This document shows, piece after piece, positions 35,807 through 45,225 of a stretch of DNA of 46,812 bases. The position numbers and the translations under genes are program-made. The DNA comes from Alphaproteobacteria bacterium MarineAlpha3_Bin3 (GTDB lineage: Bacteria; Pseudomonadota; Alphaproteobacteria; Rhodospirillales; Casp-alpha2), in NCBI GenBank assembly GCA_002938075.1, contig PTLK01000001.1, positions 1 to 46,812 of the forward strand, written 5' to 3'. Numbering within the stretch: the stretch's first letter is position 1; the number at the start of each line of letters is the position of its first letter. The notes under the pieces were generated by a model. That model worked only from the letters and a program-made list of their open reading frames with translations, did not search any database and was not told where the DNA came from.

Positions 35807-36697
35807 TCAAACCCAAGTCCGGGCCGCCCCCTTGACGCAACACCAGACATACCCCGGCTTGGTCAATTGAACGCGCCTTGGGCCCAAGGGGTCGCGGTGG
35901 CGGAGCAAGCCACTCAGCCGGTCGGCGATTTCCAGGATCGCCGCCGATTCGATGGCCAGGCGGCGGCTTTTCAATCCGCCGGGAAGGGCCCGGGCCTCGG
36001 TCATCAATGTTGCGGTGGCGTCAAGGGTCCGGTCCAGAACCCGGCGCAGCCCCGGAGTCGATTGACCGGCCGCCAGGTCTGTCACTTCGACGCCTTCGTC
36101 CTTCATCCAGTCCTGGGGCAGATACACCCGGTCCAGGCCGAGGTAGTCGTCCTTGCAGTCCTGCAGGTGGTTGATCACCTGAAGCGCGTTGCACAGGGCG
36201 TCCGAAGGGCCGTAACCGTCGGCCGAACCGCCGTGCAAATCCAACAGATAACGGCCGACCGGGGCGGCGGACAACAAGCAATAGCCCATCAGGTCGTCCC
36301 AATCATCGTATCTGAGCTTCGTCGCGTCCTGCTTGAAGGCGGCGATCAGGTCGACGCAATGATCGGCCGTGACCCCCGTTTCGGCCAGGCTGTCGCGCAT
36401 GGTGTGGGCGGTTCGCAAGGGGGGGCCGTCGGAATGGGCGCCCAGCAAGGCCCTCTCGAAATCGTCCAGCCTTCGCACCTTATCCTCGGCGGCCAGGTCC
36501 GGGTTATCGGCGATGTCGTCGATGGCGCGGGCAAAGGCGTAGAATTTTGCGATATGCGGCCGCAGCCGCGCCGGCAATAGCCAGGATCCGACGGGAAAGT
36601 TTTCGTAGGCCGAGTCTTTTCCCGACGGGGTTTCGACGCCGCCCTCAGGGTCTTGGGTCATTGTCGGTGCCATAGGATGAAAACGGGCACGCGCCAT
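35807..36697 (-). CDS. hpnC: hydroxysqualene synthase (HpnC, squalene/phytoene synthase family)
   Basis: YENFPVGSWLLP, YAFARAIDDIADN, LQDCKDDYLGLDRVYLP. The start ATG overlaps the upstream stop by 1 nt (TGATG). Confidence 0.85.
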   Translation of the reverse strand: MARARFHPMAPTMTQDPEGGVETPSGKDSAYENFPVGSWLLPARLRPHIAKFYAFARAIDDIADNPDLAAEDKVRRLDDFERALLGAHSDGPPLRTAHTMRDSLAETGVTADHCVDLIAAFKQDATKLRYDDWDDLMGYCLLSAAPVGRYLLDLHGGSADGYGPSDALCNALQVINHLQDCKDDYLGLDRVYLPQDWMKDEGVEVTDLAAGQSTPGLRRVLDRTLDATATLMTEARALPGGLKSRRLAIESAAILEIADRLSGLLRHRDPLGPRRVQLTKPGYVWCCVKGAARTWV

Positions 36698-37338
36698 CAA
36701 ATATCGTCTTGTATGCGTTTCCTGAGCTCAATCAGCAACGGCCCCAAGGAACCGCCGTTTTTCTGGATAAACGACGCGAATTCCGATTTCTGGGTGACCA
36801 CCATGCTGATGCCTTCGACCATGATATCGACGATCTTGTAGATCCCTTTCTTGCCCCGGACCCGCCAGGTGACCTTCAACGGCTTCGCCCCATCGACGCG
36901 GATCATGATCGTATGGACGAGGGCATCGCCCTTGCCTCTCACTTCCGATTTGTTGACCACTAGTTTTTCGCCCGAATACTTGGCGAAACGGTCGGCATAG
37001 GTGTCGACCAGCAAATCCTCGAAAAGTTGCAGGTATTCCTTTTTCTCGGATTCGGTGGCTTTCCGCCAATGGCGGCCGATGACGAATTTGGCGATTCCCT
37101 TGATGGCGAAGTTCTCGTTCATCAACCGGCGGAACCGGTCGGCCCGTTCGGTCTTAGAGATATCCTCGACCGTCAGCATGGAAATCGCGTCAGAGGTCAA
37201 AATCTCGATGAATTTCTTGGCCCCGGCGCCGAATTCATCCGCCCGGGCCGGCCCCGGCGGCAAGCCAGCGGCCACAAGGGCGGCGATAAAAAGGGCCGCC
37301 AGCCAAGGGCCGAGAAAGTCACGGCGGCGCACCATCAT
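36697..37338 (-). CDS. MlaC/Ttg2D family lipid-binding protein with twin-arginine signal (third HpnM-like paralog)
   Basis: MMVRRRDFLGPWLAALFIAALVAAG...ARA looks like a Tat signal. Ttg2D pattern (RFRRLMNENF, GRHWRKA, YADRF..YSGE, KIVDIMVEGIS). GGAGG lies 5 nt before the ATG. First gene of the hpnC-to-hpnG strand block. Confidence 0.75.
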   Translation of the reverse strand: MMVRRRDFLGPWLAALFIAALVAAGLPPGPARADEFGAGAKKFIEILTSDAISMLTVEDISKTERADRFRRLMNENFAIKGIAKFVIGRHWRKATESEKKEYLQLFEDLLVDTYADRFAKYSGEKLVVNKSEVRGKGDALVHTIMIRVDGAKPLKVTWRVRGKKGIYKIVDIMVEGISMVVTQKSEFASFIQKNGGSLGPLLIELRKRIQDDI

Positions 37339-37455
37339 GTCATCCTCCGAAAGCCTTGGCTTGCATGTTATCAGGTTTGGCAAACCCTGTCGGCCTGGAT
37401 TCCCTGTTCCGGCCCAAAAACCTTGTGTCTTTAATGTTCCCGGGCATGCCTTCGC

Positions 37456-38712
37456 CTAAAACCGGTCGGCCTGGAACGGCCGGATGTCGATGTTAGGCGT
37501 CCGGCCGGCCACCAGGTCGGCGATGATACGGCCCGTCCGGGGGCCGCCGGTCAACCCGACATGCTGATGGCCGAAGGCGAAGAAGACGTTTTCAAAAACC
37601 GGCGAGCGGCCGATCACCGGCAGGCTGTCGGGCAGCGTCGGGCGGAACCCCGACCATTCGCAGGCGTTTTCGGTGTTGATGCCGGGGAACATCCTTTTCG
37701 CGTGGCGCAGCAGGACCCGGGCCCGGGCCATGTTGGGCGGCGCCTCCAGGCCCCCAAATTCCGATGTTCCGGCGAACTTGATCCCGGGCTCGACCGGGGT
37801 GGCGACGAACTTCCGCCCGCCGGCGAAGACGGCGGAATTCAGTTCGATCCCCGGGTCGGGCAGGATGACGTGATAGCCGCGCTCCCCCTGCAAGGGCACG
37901 GGACTTCCCAAACGCGCTGCCAGGCTTCCCGACCAGGCGCCGGCGGCGATGACGATTTGGTCCACTTCCACCGGTCCTTCACCGGTCAAAAGGCTTCTCG
38001 GGCCATCGGGTCCGATGTCGACGTCAAGGACGTCGCGCAACACCACCACCCCGCCCGATTGGGCAAAGTGCTTGCCCAGCCCCTTGACCAGGCCGTGCGG
38101 ATCGACGGTAAAGCCGAGGTTCGGCAGGAAGTAACCTTTCTCGTAGATCGGCGCCAGCGCCGGTTCGCGTTCGCGGATCTCGTCGGCGCCGATCTCGCGG
38201 ACGTCGGCGCCGCGCTCGATCCGGAGCCGCCAGTTCAGCACCTCCTTGGCCGCGGAAACCGCGTCCTCGTAAACGTACATGTAGCCCTGGGTGCGGATCA
38301 GCCCCTCGGCGTCGGTGCCCCTGGCCAGGGTCAGGTGCTCCTCCAGCGCCGAGCTCAACAACGGCGAAAGGGCGTCGCAGATTTCGGCCACCCTTTGCGG
38401 CCGCCCGGCGCGGACGAAACGAAGAAGCCACGAAAGCATCTTCGGCGCATGCCGCCAGCGGATCGCCAGCGGCCCCAAGGGGTCCAAAAGCCATTTCGGC
38501 ACGTTGGCGAGCACCCCCGGCAGGGACAGCGGTACGAAGGAGTAATCGGCGAACAGCCCGGCGTTGCCGTAGGAACATCCCTCGCCGGGCGGCAGGCGGT
38601 CGATCACCCGCACCTGATGGCCTTCGCGCAACAGATGCAACGCGCACGACATGCCGACGATTCCGGCGCCGATGACGGTGACGTGGCGGTGGTTCCCTGA
38701 ATTTTGGTTCAT
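37456..38712 (-). CDS. FAD-dependent oxidoreductase (DAO family, D-amino-acid dehydrogenase-like)
   Basis: VTVIGAGIVGMSCALHL dinucleotide fold. 418 aa with DadA-like layout. Confidence 0.8.
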   Translation of the reverse strand: MNQNSGNHRHVTVIGAGIVGMSCALHLLREGHQVRVIDRLPPGEGCSYGNAGLFADYSFVPLSLPGVLANVPKWLLDPLGPLAIRWRHAPKMLSWLLRFVRAGRPQRVAEICDALSPLLSSALEEHLTLARGTDAEGLIRTQGYMYVYEDAVSAAKEVLNWRLRIERGADVREIGADEIREREPALAPIYEKGYFLPNLGFTVDPHGLVKGLGKHFAQSGGVVVLRDVLDVDIGPDGPRSLLTGEGPVEVDQIVIAAGAWSGSLAARLGSPVPLQGERGYHVILPDPGIELNSAVFAGGRKFVATPVEPGIKFAGTSEFGGLEAPPNMARARVLLRHAKRMFPGINTENACEWSGFRPTLPDSLPVIGRSPVFENVFFAFGHQHVGLTGGPRTGRIIADLVAGRTPNIDIRPFQADRF

Positions 38713-38810
38713 CCGTTGGCTCGCCTGGAATGATAAATACTGGCGGCACCATCCTAGCGCCCGTTATGATTGGCAACCAGAAAGATCATACCGGAGGATA
38801 ACGGTCACCC

Positions 38811-40118
38811 ATGTCCCTTGACCCCTATTTCGAGCCCGGCGACGGCGGCGACAACGCGTTCACCGTCGAGGCGCCGAAGATCAAGTTCGGTCCCGGATCG
38901 TTGCGCGAGATCGGCGACGACGCCAAGGCCTTAGGGCTAACCCGGGTCGCCTTTTACACCGATCCCACGGTGGCCAAGCTGGAGCCAGTCGCCATCGCGA
39001 CTAAGTCCCTGAAGGCCGCCGGCATAGACTTTGCCATTTACGACGAGACGGAGGTCGAGCCGACGGACCGCTCGTTCAAGGCCGGCACAGCCTTCGCCAC
39101 CGACGGCGGCTTCGACGGCTTCGTTTCCGTCGGTGGCGGCTCGGTGATGGACACGGCCAAGGCGTCGAACCTGTATTCGACCTATCCGGACGACTTCCTG
39201 GCCTACGTCAATGCCCCGATCGGCGAGGCGAAGCCGGTCCCGGGGCCGTTGAAGCCCCATATCGCGTGCCCGACCACCTTCGGCACGGCGTCGGAATGCA
39301 CCGGCATCGCCGTCTTCGACCTGCTGGAAATGGAGGCCAAGACCGGCATCGCCCATGCCCGCCTGCGGCCCCAATTGGGGATCCTCGACCCGACGGCGCT
39401 CGCCACCCTGCCCCGGGCGATCATCGCCGCCAATAGCTTCGACGTCTTCAGCCACGCCGTCGAAAGCCTGACCGCGCGGCCGTTCAGCCACCGCCCGGCG
39501 CCGGAGGATTCAAACAAACGTCCCCTGGGCCAGGGCGCCAACCCCTACTCGGACCTGGCGTGCCAAGAGGCGATCCGGCTGATCGGCGCCAACATCATCG
39601 ACGCCGTCAACGAGGCCGACAATTCCGCCACCTATGAGCCGCTGATGTTCGCCGGCATGCTGGCCGGCATCGGCTTCGGCAACGCCGGCTGCCACCTGCC
39701 CCACGGTATGTCCTATGCCGTCGCCGGGCTGGTGCGCGATTACACGGCGCCGGGGTGGCCGTCCAACCAGCCGATGGTGCCGCACGGGATTTCGGTAATC
39801 GTCAACGCGCCGGCGGTGTTCCGCTTTACCGGCCCGGCCTGCCCGGAGCGTCATATGAAGGCGGCCGAGGGCATGGGCGCCGACGTCGAAGGGGCGGCAC
39901 TGGAGGACGCCGGAAATATCCTCGCCGATCGGGTCATCGAGATGATGCGCCAGACTGGCATCCCCAACGGTCTTCGCGGCGTCGGCTATTCGGAAGACGA
40001 CCTCGACGCGCTAACCGACCGGGCGTTCCCACAGAAACGGCTGTTGGACAATTCGCCGCTGCCGCCGGACCGGGATCAGTTGCTGGGCCTGTTCCGCGAC
40101 GCGCTCAGCTACTGGTAG
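38811..40118 (+). CDS. iron-containing alcohol dehydrogenase family (hydroxyacid-oxoacid transhydrogenase-like)
   Basis: Fe-ADH motifs GGGSVMDTAK and metal-binding His residues (CHLPHGMSY). Length and N-terminus resemble the ADHFE1/HOT subfamily. Confidence 0.75.
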   Translation: MSLDPYFEPGDGGDNAFTVEAPKIKFGPGSLREIGDDAKALGLTRVAFYTDPTVAKLEPVAIATKSLKAAGIDFAIYDETEVEPTDRSFKAGTAFATDGGFDGFVSVGGGSVMDTAKASNLYSTYPDDFLAYVNAPIGEAKPVPGPLKPHIACPTTFGTASECTGIAVFDLLEMEAKTGIAHARLRPQLGILDPTALATLPRAIIAANSFDVFSHAVESLTARPFSHRPAPEDSNKRPLGQGANPYSDLACQEAIRLIGANIIDAVNEADNSATYEPLMFAGMLAGIGFGNAGCHLPHGMSYAVAGLVRDYTAPGWPSNQPMVPHGISVIVNAPAVFRFTGPACPERHMKAAEGMGADVEGAALEDAGNILADRVIEMMRQTGIPNGLRGVGYSEDDLDALTDRAFPQKRLLDNSPLPPDRDQLLGLFRDALSYW

Positions 40119-40142
40119 GCCGGGAACCGGCCCGGGACCGCC

Positions 40143-41555
40143 ATGCCCACCCTTTCGCCGCAAGTCCTGGAAGGCTTGAAGGCCGCCGCCGGCGACGGCG
40201 GCTGGTTAGAGGACGCGGACGCCAAGGCGCCGTACCTGACCGACGAACGCGACCTTTACCACGGCGACGCGGCCTTGGTGCTGAGGCCGCGAACGGCGGC
40301 CCAGGTTGCCGAAATCGTCAAAATCTGCGCCGAAAACGGCGTCGGCATCGTGCCCCAGGGCGGCAATACGGGATATTGCGGTGGCTCGGTCCCGGACCAA
40401 AGCGGCCTGGAGATCGTGTTGTCGATGTCGCGCATGAACACCATCCGCGAGGTCGATGCGGTCAACAATACCCTGATCGCCGAGGCCGGGTGCGTACTCG
40501 CCGATATCCAGGCCGCCGCCGGGGACGCCGGGCGGCTGTTCCCGCTCAGCCTAGCCGCCGAAGGCAGTTGCCAGATCGGCGGCAATTTGTCGACCAACGC
40601 CGGCGGGGTGCAGGTGCTGCGCTACGGCAACGCCCGCGACCTGGTGCTGGGGCTGGAAGTGGTGCTGGCGGACGGGAGGATTCTCGAAGGGTTGCGCGGT
40701 CTCAGGAAGGACAACACCGGCTACGACCTGAAGCAGCTTTTCCTCGGTGCCGAAGGAACGCTGGGCATCATCACCGCGGCGGTGTTGAAGCTCTATCCCC
40801 GACCCGCCGATGTCGCCACCGTGTTCTGCGCCGTCGCCGGGGCCCGGGGGGCAACGGCGATGTTGTCGCGCCTGCGCGGCGCCACCGGCGACGGGGTGAC
40901 GACATTCGAATACCTGAACCGGGCCTGCCTAGACCTGGTGCTGGAACACATCGACGCCACCCGCGACCCGTTCCAGGCCCGGCATGGCGATTATGCCCTG
41001 ATCGAGCTTTCGTCAGGCCGCGAAGCGGCCGAAGCGGCGCTGGCCGGCGCCATCGAGGCCGGCGAGGCGCTCGATGCGGTGATCGCCGAAAGCGGCCGCC
41101 AGGCGGACGAATTGTGGCGCCTGCGCGAGACCATCCCCGAGGCCCAGAAACACGCCGGAGGCTCCATCAAGCACGACGTTTCCGTCCCAGTGTCGAAAAT
41201 CCCCGAATTCCTGGAGGCCGCCGAGGAAAAATCGCTGCAGATCATCCCCGGCGCGCGGCTGGTGACCTTCGGCCACATCGGCGACGGCAATATCCACTAC
41301 AACCTGAGCCCGGCCCCGGACGGCGACGCCCGGGCCTTCCCCGGCGATGCCGAAAAGCTCTGCCCGGCCATCCACGACATCGCCGTCGGACTGGGCGGTA
41401 GCTTCAGCGCCGAACACGGCATCGGGGTGCTGAAGAAACAAGAGCTGGAAAAATACAAGTCCGGCGTTGAGCTGGACCTGATGCGGCTGATCAAACGCAC
41501 GCTCGACCCAAAGGGCATCATGAACCCGGGCAAGGTGGTGACGGGAAGTGATTAA
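40143..41555 (+). CDS. FAD-linked oxidase (GlcD / D-2-hydroxyacid, D-2-hydroxyglutarate dehydrogenase-like)
   Basis: FAD_binding_4 pattern (VPQGGNTGYCGG, KDNTGYDLKQLFLGAEGTLG) with a C-terminal FAD-oxidase_C domain (SAEHGIG). Confidence 0.8.
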   Translation: MPTLSPQVLEGLKAAAGDGGWLEDADAKAPYLTDERDLYHGDAALVLRPRTAAQVAEIVKICAENGVGIVPQGGNTGYCGGSVPDQSGLEIVLSMSRMNTIREVDAVNNTLIAEAGCVLADIQAAAGDAGRLFPLSLAAEGSCQIGGNLSTNAGGVQVLRYGNARDLVLGLEVVLADGRILEGLRGLRKDNTGYDLKQLFLGAEGTLGIITAAVLKLYPRPADVATVFCAVAGARGATAMLSRLRGATGDGVTTFEYLNRACLDLVLEHIDATRDPFQARHGDYALIELSSGREAAEAALAGAIEAGEALDAVIAESGRQADELWRLRETIPEAQKHAGGSIKHDVSVPVSKIPEFLEAAEEKSLQIIPGARLVTFGHIGDGNIHYNLSPAPDGDARAFPGDAEKLCPAIHDIAVGLGGSFSAEHGIGVLKKQELEKYKSGVELDLMRLIKRTLDPKGIMNPGKVVTGSD

Positions 41556-41806
41556 CCGCCCGGCCCGGCATTCCCCCCGGCATTCACAAGCCAGGGGATT
41601 TTCGAGCGGGCTTCGTTGAAGGCGTCCTCTTCGGTAGGGAAAATTCGGCCCCCATGGTCGGCGATCGGGAACCAGCCCCTTGCATCTTCTGAATCCCGGC
41701 GGAATTCCTCGAAGCCGAAGGTGGCGTCGGGACGCACGAAAATATCAACGCAACGCCCCCCATTCGGGGAATTGATGGATTTCATAACCTTGTTCTCGTG
41801 TGCCAT
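41552..41806 (-). CDS. small hypothetical protein (84 aa)
   Basis: Fills a gap between convergent and neighbouring genes with a plausible composition. No motif recognised. Confidence 0.35.
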   Translation of the reverse strand: MAHENKVMKSINSPNGGRCVDIFVRPDATFGFEEFRRDSEDARGWFPIADHGGRIFPTEEDAFNEARSKIPWLVNAGGNAGPGG

Positions 41807-41824
41807 GGGGGTTTCCGATCGGGG

Positions 41825-42826
41825 CTAACCCGCCAACAGAGTATCGATTTCATCCAACAGCGTGTCGGGAATCTCTACGCCCTCGGCGTGCGCCTTGTCG
41901 CGGTTTTCCAGCCGCCGGCTTCCCGGCAGCCGGGTGCCCGGCTGTTCGAGGATCGTCGCCATCAGTTCCTCGGCGCGGTCGAGGAAACCGTCGCCGCCGA
42001 GGTTTTCCGGCTTGAACACCACGAACAAATGGCCGACGTGGGGCGGCGATCCCTCGGCGTCGTAGAACGAACTCGCCTCGAAGGCGAAGTTCGACCCGGT
42101 CATGGCTGAGCACAGCATTTCCACCATCAGCGCCAGCGCCGCGCCCCGGGCGTCGCCCATGGGCAGGAACGAGCCCTCGAAGCCGGCCTTGGCGTCGGTG
42201 GTCGGATTGCCGTCGGTGTCCAGGCACCAGCCTTCCGGGATCGCTTCGCCCCGGTCGGCGGCGAGCTTGACCTTGCCGCGCGCGATCTTGCTGAGGGAGG
42301 TATCGACGACCAGCGGTGGGGCGTCCTTGCGCGGGCACGAAAAGGCGATCGGGTTGGTGCCGTAAAGAGGCCGGCTGCCGCCCCAGGGCGCGATGGCCCC
42401 GAAAGAGTTGGTGAAGGCGATGGCGGCGAGGCCGACGTCCGCCATACGCTCCGTATGGTGGCCCATGACCCCGGCGTTATGCGAATGGCCGACGGCGACG
42501 GCGACGACGCCGGTGCGCCCGACGATCTCCTGGGCCTTATCGAGGCCGATGTCGATGGCGGGAAAGGCGAAGCCGGAACGGGCATCGACGCGAAGCACCG
42601 CGTCGCCGGTGACGGTCAACGACGGTTCGGCGAAGCCGTCGATCTTGCCGGCGATGGCCTGGGCCGAGAACGCCGGCAGCCGGGCAACGCCGTGGGACGC
42701 CAATCCGTCGGCATCGGCCTTGACGAGGGCATTGGCAACGGAGACGGCGTTCTCATGCGAAGTTTTCGACGCCTTCAACACCCCGACGGCCAGGTCATGC
42801 AGGTCGCCGAGGCTGCGTACCGCCAT
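41825..42826 (-). CDS. Ldh_2 family (malate/L-lactate/ureidoglycolate-type) NAD(P)H oxidoreductase
   Basis: 333 aa. HGVARLP, GHSHNAGVMG and PWGG motifs are typical of the Ldh_2 family. Confidence 0.8.
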   Translation of the reverse strand: MAVRSLGDLHDLAVGVLKASKTSHENAVSVANALVKADADGLASHGVARLPAFSAQAIAGKIDGFAEPSLTVTGDAVLRVDARSGFAFPAIDIGLDKAQEIVGRTGVVAVAVGHSHNAGVMGHHTERMADVGLAAIAFTNSFGAIAPWGGSRPLYGTNPIAFSCPRKDAPPLVVDTSLSKIARGKVKLAADRGEAIPEGWCLDTDGNPTTDAKAGFEGSFLPMGDARGAALALMVEMLCSAMTGSNFAFEASSFYDAEGSPPHVGHLFVVFKPENLGGDGFLDRAEELMATILEQPGTRLPGSRRLENRDKAHAEGVEIPDTLLDEIDTLLAG

Positions 42827-42867
42827 GGATCGCCCCCCCCTCCGGTTTTCGCGCGCCCCAGGCCCGG

Positions 42868-44301
42868 TCAGGCGCTGCGGTAAAGCTTGGTCAGCACGAA
42901 TTCCCGGTGGCCGAGGGTTTCCGCCGCCGTCAGGCGGCCGTTGCAGGTGCGCATCGTGATGTCGATCAGCGCCTCGCCGGCCTTGTTGAGGGTCATCTCG
43001 CGCCTGAGGATGCCGGAAACGTCCAGGTCAACGTGCTCGCCCATGGTGCGCACGGTGCGCGGGTTGGCGGAAAGCTTGATCACCGGCTCGATGGGGTTGC
43101 CGATGATGTTGCCCTGGCCGGTCGGGAACAGGTGGACGACGAAACCGGCGGCAGCCTGAAGGGTCACGCATTCGGCGGCGGCCGAAGAGCTGTCCATGAA
43201 ATAGAGCCCCGGGCCCTTCTTCGGCGCCTCGGCGGGGCCGAGAACGTCGATGTAGCGGGTCTTCTTGCCGATCTTCTCAAGATTGCCGAAGGCCTTTTCC
43301 TCGATCGTCGTCAGCCCGCCTTCGATGTTGCCCTTGGTCGGCTGCGAATCGGACAGGTCGTCGGTCTTGTGGGGCTCGATGACCTCGTCCATGTAGGCCT
43401 GCCAAGTGTTGAGAAACTTCTGGCCGATCTTCTTGGTCTTGCCGCGCGCGGCGCAGTTGAGCTCGGCGCCGGTGATCTCCGACGTTTCGCCGAAACACGT
43501 GGTCGCACCCCAGGCGTCGAATTTGTCGATGAAGTTGCCGACCGTCGGGTTCGACGCCAGCCCGGACGTGGTGTCGGACTCGCCGCATTTGACCGAAACC
43601 CACAGGTCCTTGACCTGGCATTTCTGGCGCTCCAGTTCGGAGGCCCATTGCAGGTATTCCTTGGCCTTGCGGCTGACGTTGGCGACGGTCTTGATGTCAC
43701 CGTGTTTCTCGATGGCGAAGCCGGTGACCGGCTTGCCTGTCTTGGCGATGCCTCGGACGACGCGGCCGGTCCATTCCGGTTCGATGCCGATGACGATAAC
43801 GGCGGCGACATTGGGGTTGGAACCGGTGCCGATAAGGGTGCGGAAGTGAAGCTCCAGGTCCTCGCCGAATTGCAGCCGGCCGTAGGAATGGGGGATCGCC
43901 AGGGTGCCTTTGATGTTGTTGGCGACCGATTCAGAGGCGGCATTGGACAGGTCGTCCAACGGCAGGATGATGACATGGTTGCGGATTCCGACGCGGCCGT
44001 TCTTGCGCCGCCAGCCCATGAACGTCGGTTTCTTGGTCCCTGAACGCCTGACCGGGGCGCGCTTCACCTGGGCGCGCCTTCTGGGCCGGACCCGCCGGGT
44101 GGGCTTAGCTGTGGTGCGCCGGGTGGCCTTGGTCCGCCTGTTGGTTTTGGAGGCGGCGCGCTTGGCCGGCTTGGCACCGGTGCGGCGGTTGGACTTTGCC
44201 CGCCTGTCGGATTTGGCGCTGAGCCGCCTCGTCGCCTTGGTGCGCTTGTTTTGCTTCGCCGCTTTGCCTTTGGTCGTGGTTTTTCTTGCTTTCCTGGCCA
44301 T
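42868..44301 (-). CDS. UxaA-family sugar-acid dehydratase large subunit with a ~94-aa Lys/Arg/Thr/Ala-rich N-terminal extension
   Basis: The UxaA core starts at [21 protein letters not shown]. The ATG at 44301 is 2 nt after the SAF-subunit stop and is preceded by GGTGG. The alternative internal ATG at 44019 has no SD. Confidence 0.7.
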   Translation of the reverse strand: MARKARKTTTKGKAAKQNKRTKATRRLSAKSDRRAKSNRRTGAKPAKRAASKTNRRTKATRRTTAKPTRRVRPRRRAQVKRAPVRRSGTKKPTFMGWRRKNGRVGIRNHVIILPLDDLSNAASESVANNIKGTLAIPHSYGRLQFGEDLELHFRTLIGTGSNPNVAAVIVIGIEPEWTGRVVRGIAKTGKPVTGFAIEKHGDIKTVANVSRKAKEYLQWASELERQKCQVKDLWVSVKCGESDTTSGLASNPTVGNFIDKFDAWGATTCFGETSEITGAELNCAARGKTKKIGQKFLNTWQAYMDEVIEPHKTDDLSDSQPTKGNIEGGLTTIEEKAFGNLEKIGKKTRYIDVLGPAEAPKKGPGLYFMDSSSAAAECVTLQAAAGFVVHLFPTGQGNIIGNPIEPVIKLSANPRTVRTMGEHVDLDVSGILRREMTLNKAGEALIDITMRTCNGRLTAAETLGHREFVLTKLYRSA

Positions 44302-44303
44302 GG

Positions 44304-44591
44304 CTACCACCTTTTTGTCTTCAGGTTCTGGACGTGGACGTGACCGCCCTTCTTGATGGCGGCGACGGCCTTGCCGATGTCGTGTCCGTACTTAAGGATG
44401 GTGTCGCCCTTCTTCATCGGCGCGAGGGCGATTTTGTGGCCGATGGGAATGGTGTTCAGGCATTTCATCCTGACGGTCTTGTTGCCCTGCATGACCCAAC
44501 CGGTCAGCATCTGGCCCTTCTTGACCCCTTCGACAACGACGACGCCGACGGAATCGGTCTTGTCATGGACAATATAATGAGGTCCGGCCAA
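44304..44591 (-). CDS. SAF-domain small subunit of UxaA-family dehydratase
   Basis: [15 protein letters not shown]...IPIGHKIAL...KYGHDIGKA...[17 protein letters not shown] at 44591 follows GGGAGA. The ATG at 44669 is an alternative start. Confidence 0.7.
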   Translation of the reverse strand: MAGPHYIVHDKTDSVGVVVVEGVKKGQMLTGWVMQGNKTVRMKCLNTIPIGHKIALAPMKKGDTILKYGHDIGKAVAAIKKGGHVHVQNLKTKRW

Positions 44592-44727
44592 CGGATTCTC
44601 CCTAAAGTTTGGATGATTGTTCCCAGGTCTGTTGCAAGGGAGAATACTCAAGCCGCCGCCATCAGGCAATACAAGCCCGCCCCGCCCAGGAGAAAGAACG
44701 GGAGTGCTCCTTCGTTTATTTTGAATC

Positions 44728-45225
44728 CTAGGACGTCTGGGAGTGCCTTTTCCGGATCACCGTTTCCCGGCCGTCGGCGGCCGGCTGATAGAAGACGGTG
44801 ATGGCGCCGGTGGCACGCTGCCAGTCCTGCTCCGTCTCGCCTTCCTTGACTTCAAGCGCATCGAAGCCGCAGCGCTGCATGAACAGGTACTGGTCGCGGA
44901 GCACGTTGCCGATGGCCCGGACCTCGCCCCGGTAACCGTGGCGTTCCCTCAGCCGCCGGGCGTTGGTGTACGCGCGGCCGTCCTTGAACACCGGGAACGC
45001 CAACGCGACGACGCCAAGATGCTCCAGATCGTCGGCGACGTCGCCCGCCGTATGGTCGCTTTGCAGCCGCACGCCGACCGGGTCTTTGCGCTTAATGAGC
45101 GTGGCCCGTTCTTCGCGCCAGCGCTTGAGGCCGACGATCACCGGCCCCGACGCCGGGATCGCCACCTCGTCGGCAACGTGGGTCCAGGGGTCGTCGACCA
45201 GCTTGCCGCTTTTAAGCAGCGGCAT
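44728..45225 (-). CDS. DUF934 family protein (sulfite-reductase-associated)
   Basis: 165 aa. FKDGRAYTNARRLRERHGYRGEVRAIGNVLRDQ motif. Overlaps the upstream sulfite reductase gene by 14 nt, the usual alphaproteobacterial arrangement. Confidence 0.8.
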   Translation of the reverse strand: MPLLKSGKLVDDPWTHVADEVAIPASGPVIVGLKRWREERATLIKRKDPVGVRLQSDHTAGDVADDLEHLGVVALAFPVFKDGRAYTNARRLRERHGYRGEVRAIGNVLRDQYLFMQRCGFDALEVKEGETEQDWQRATGAITVFYQPAADGRETVIRKRHSQTS

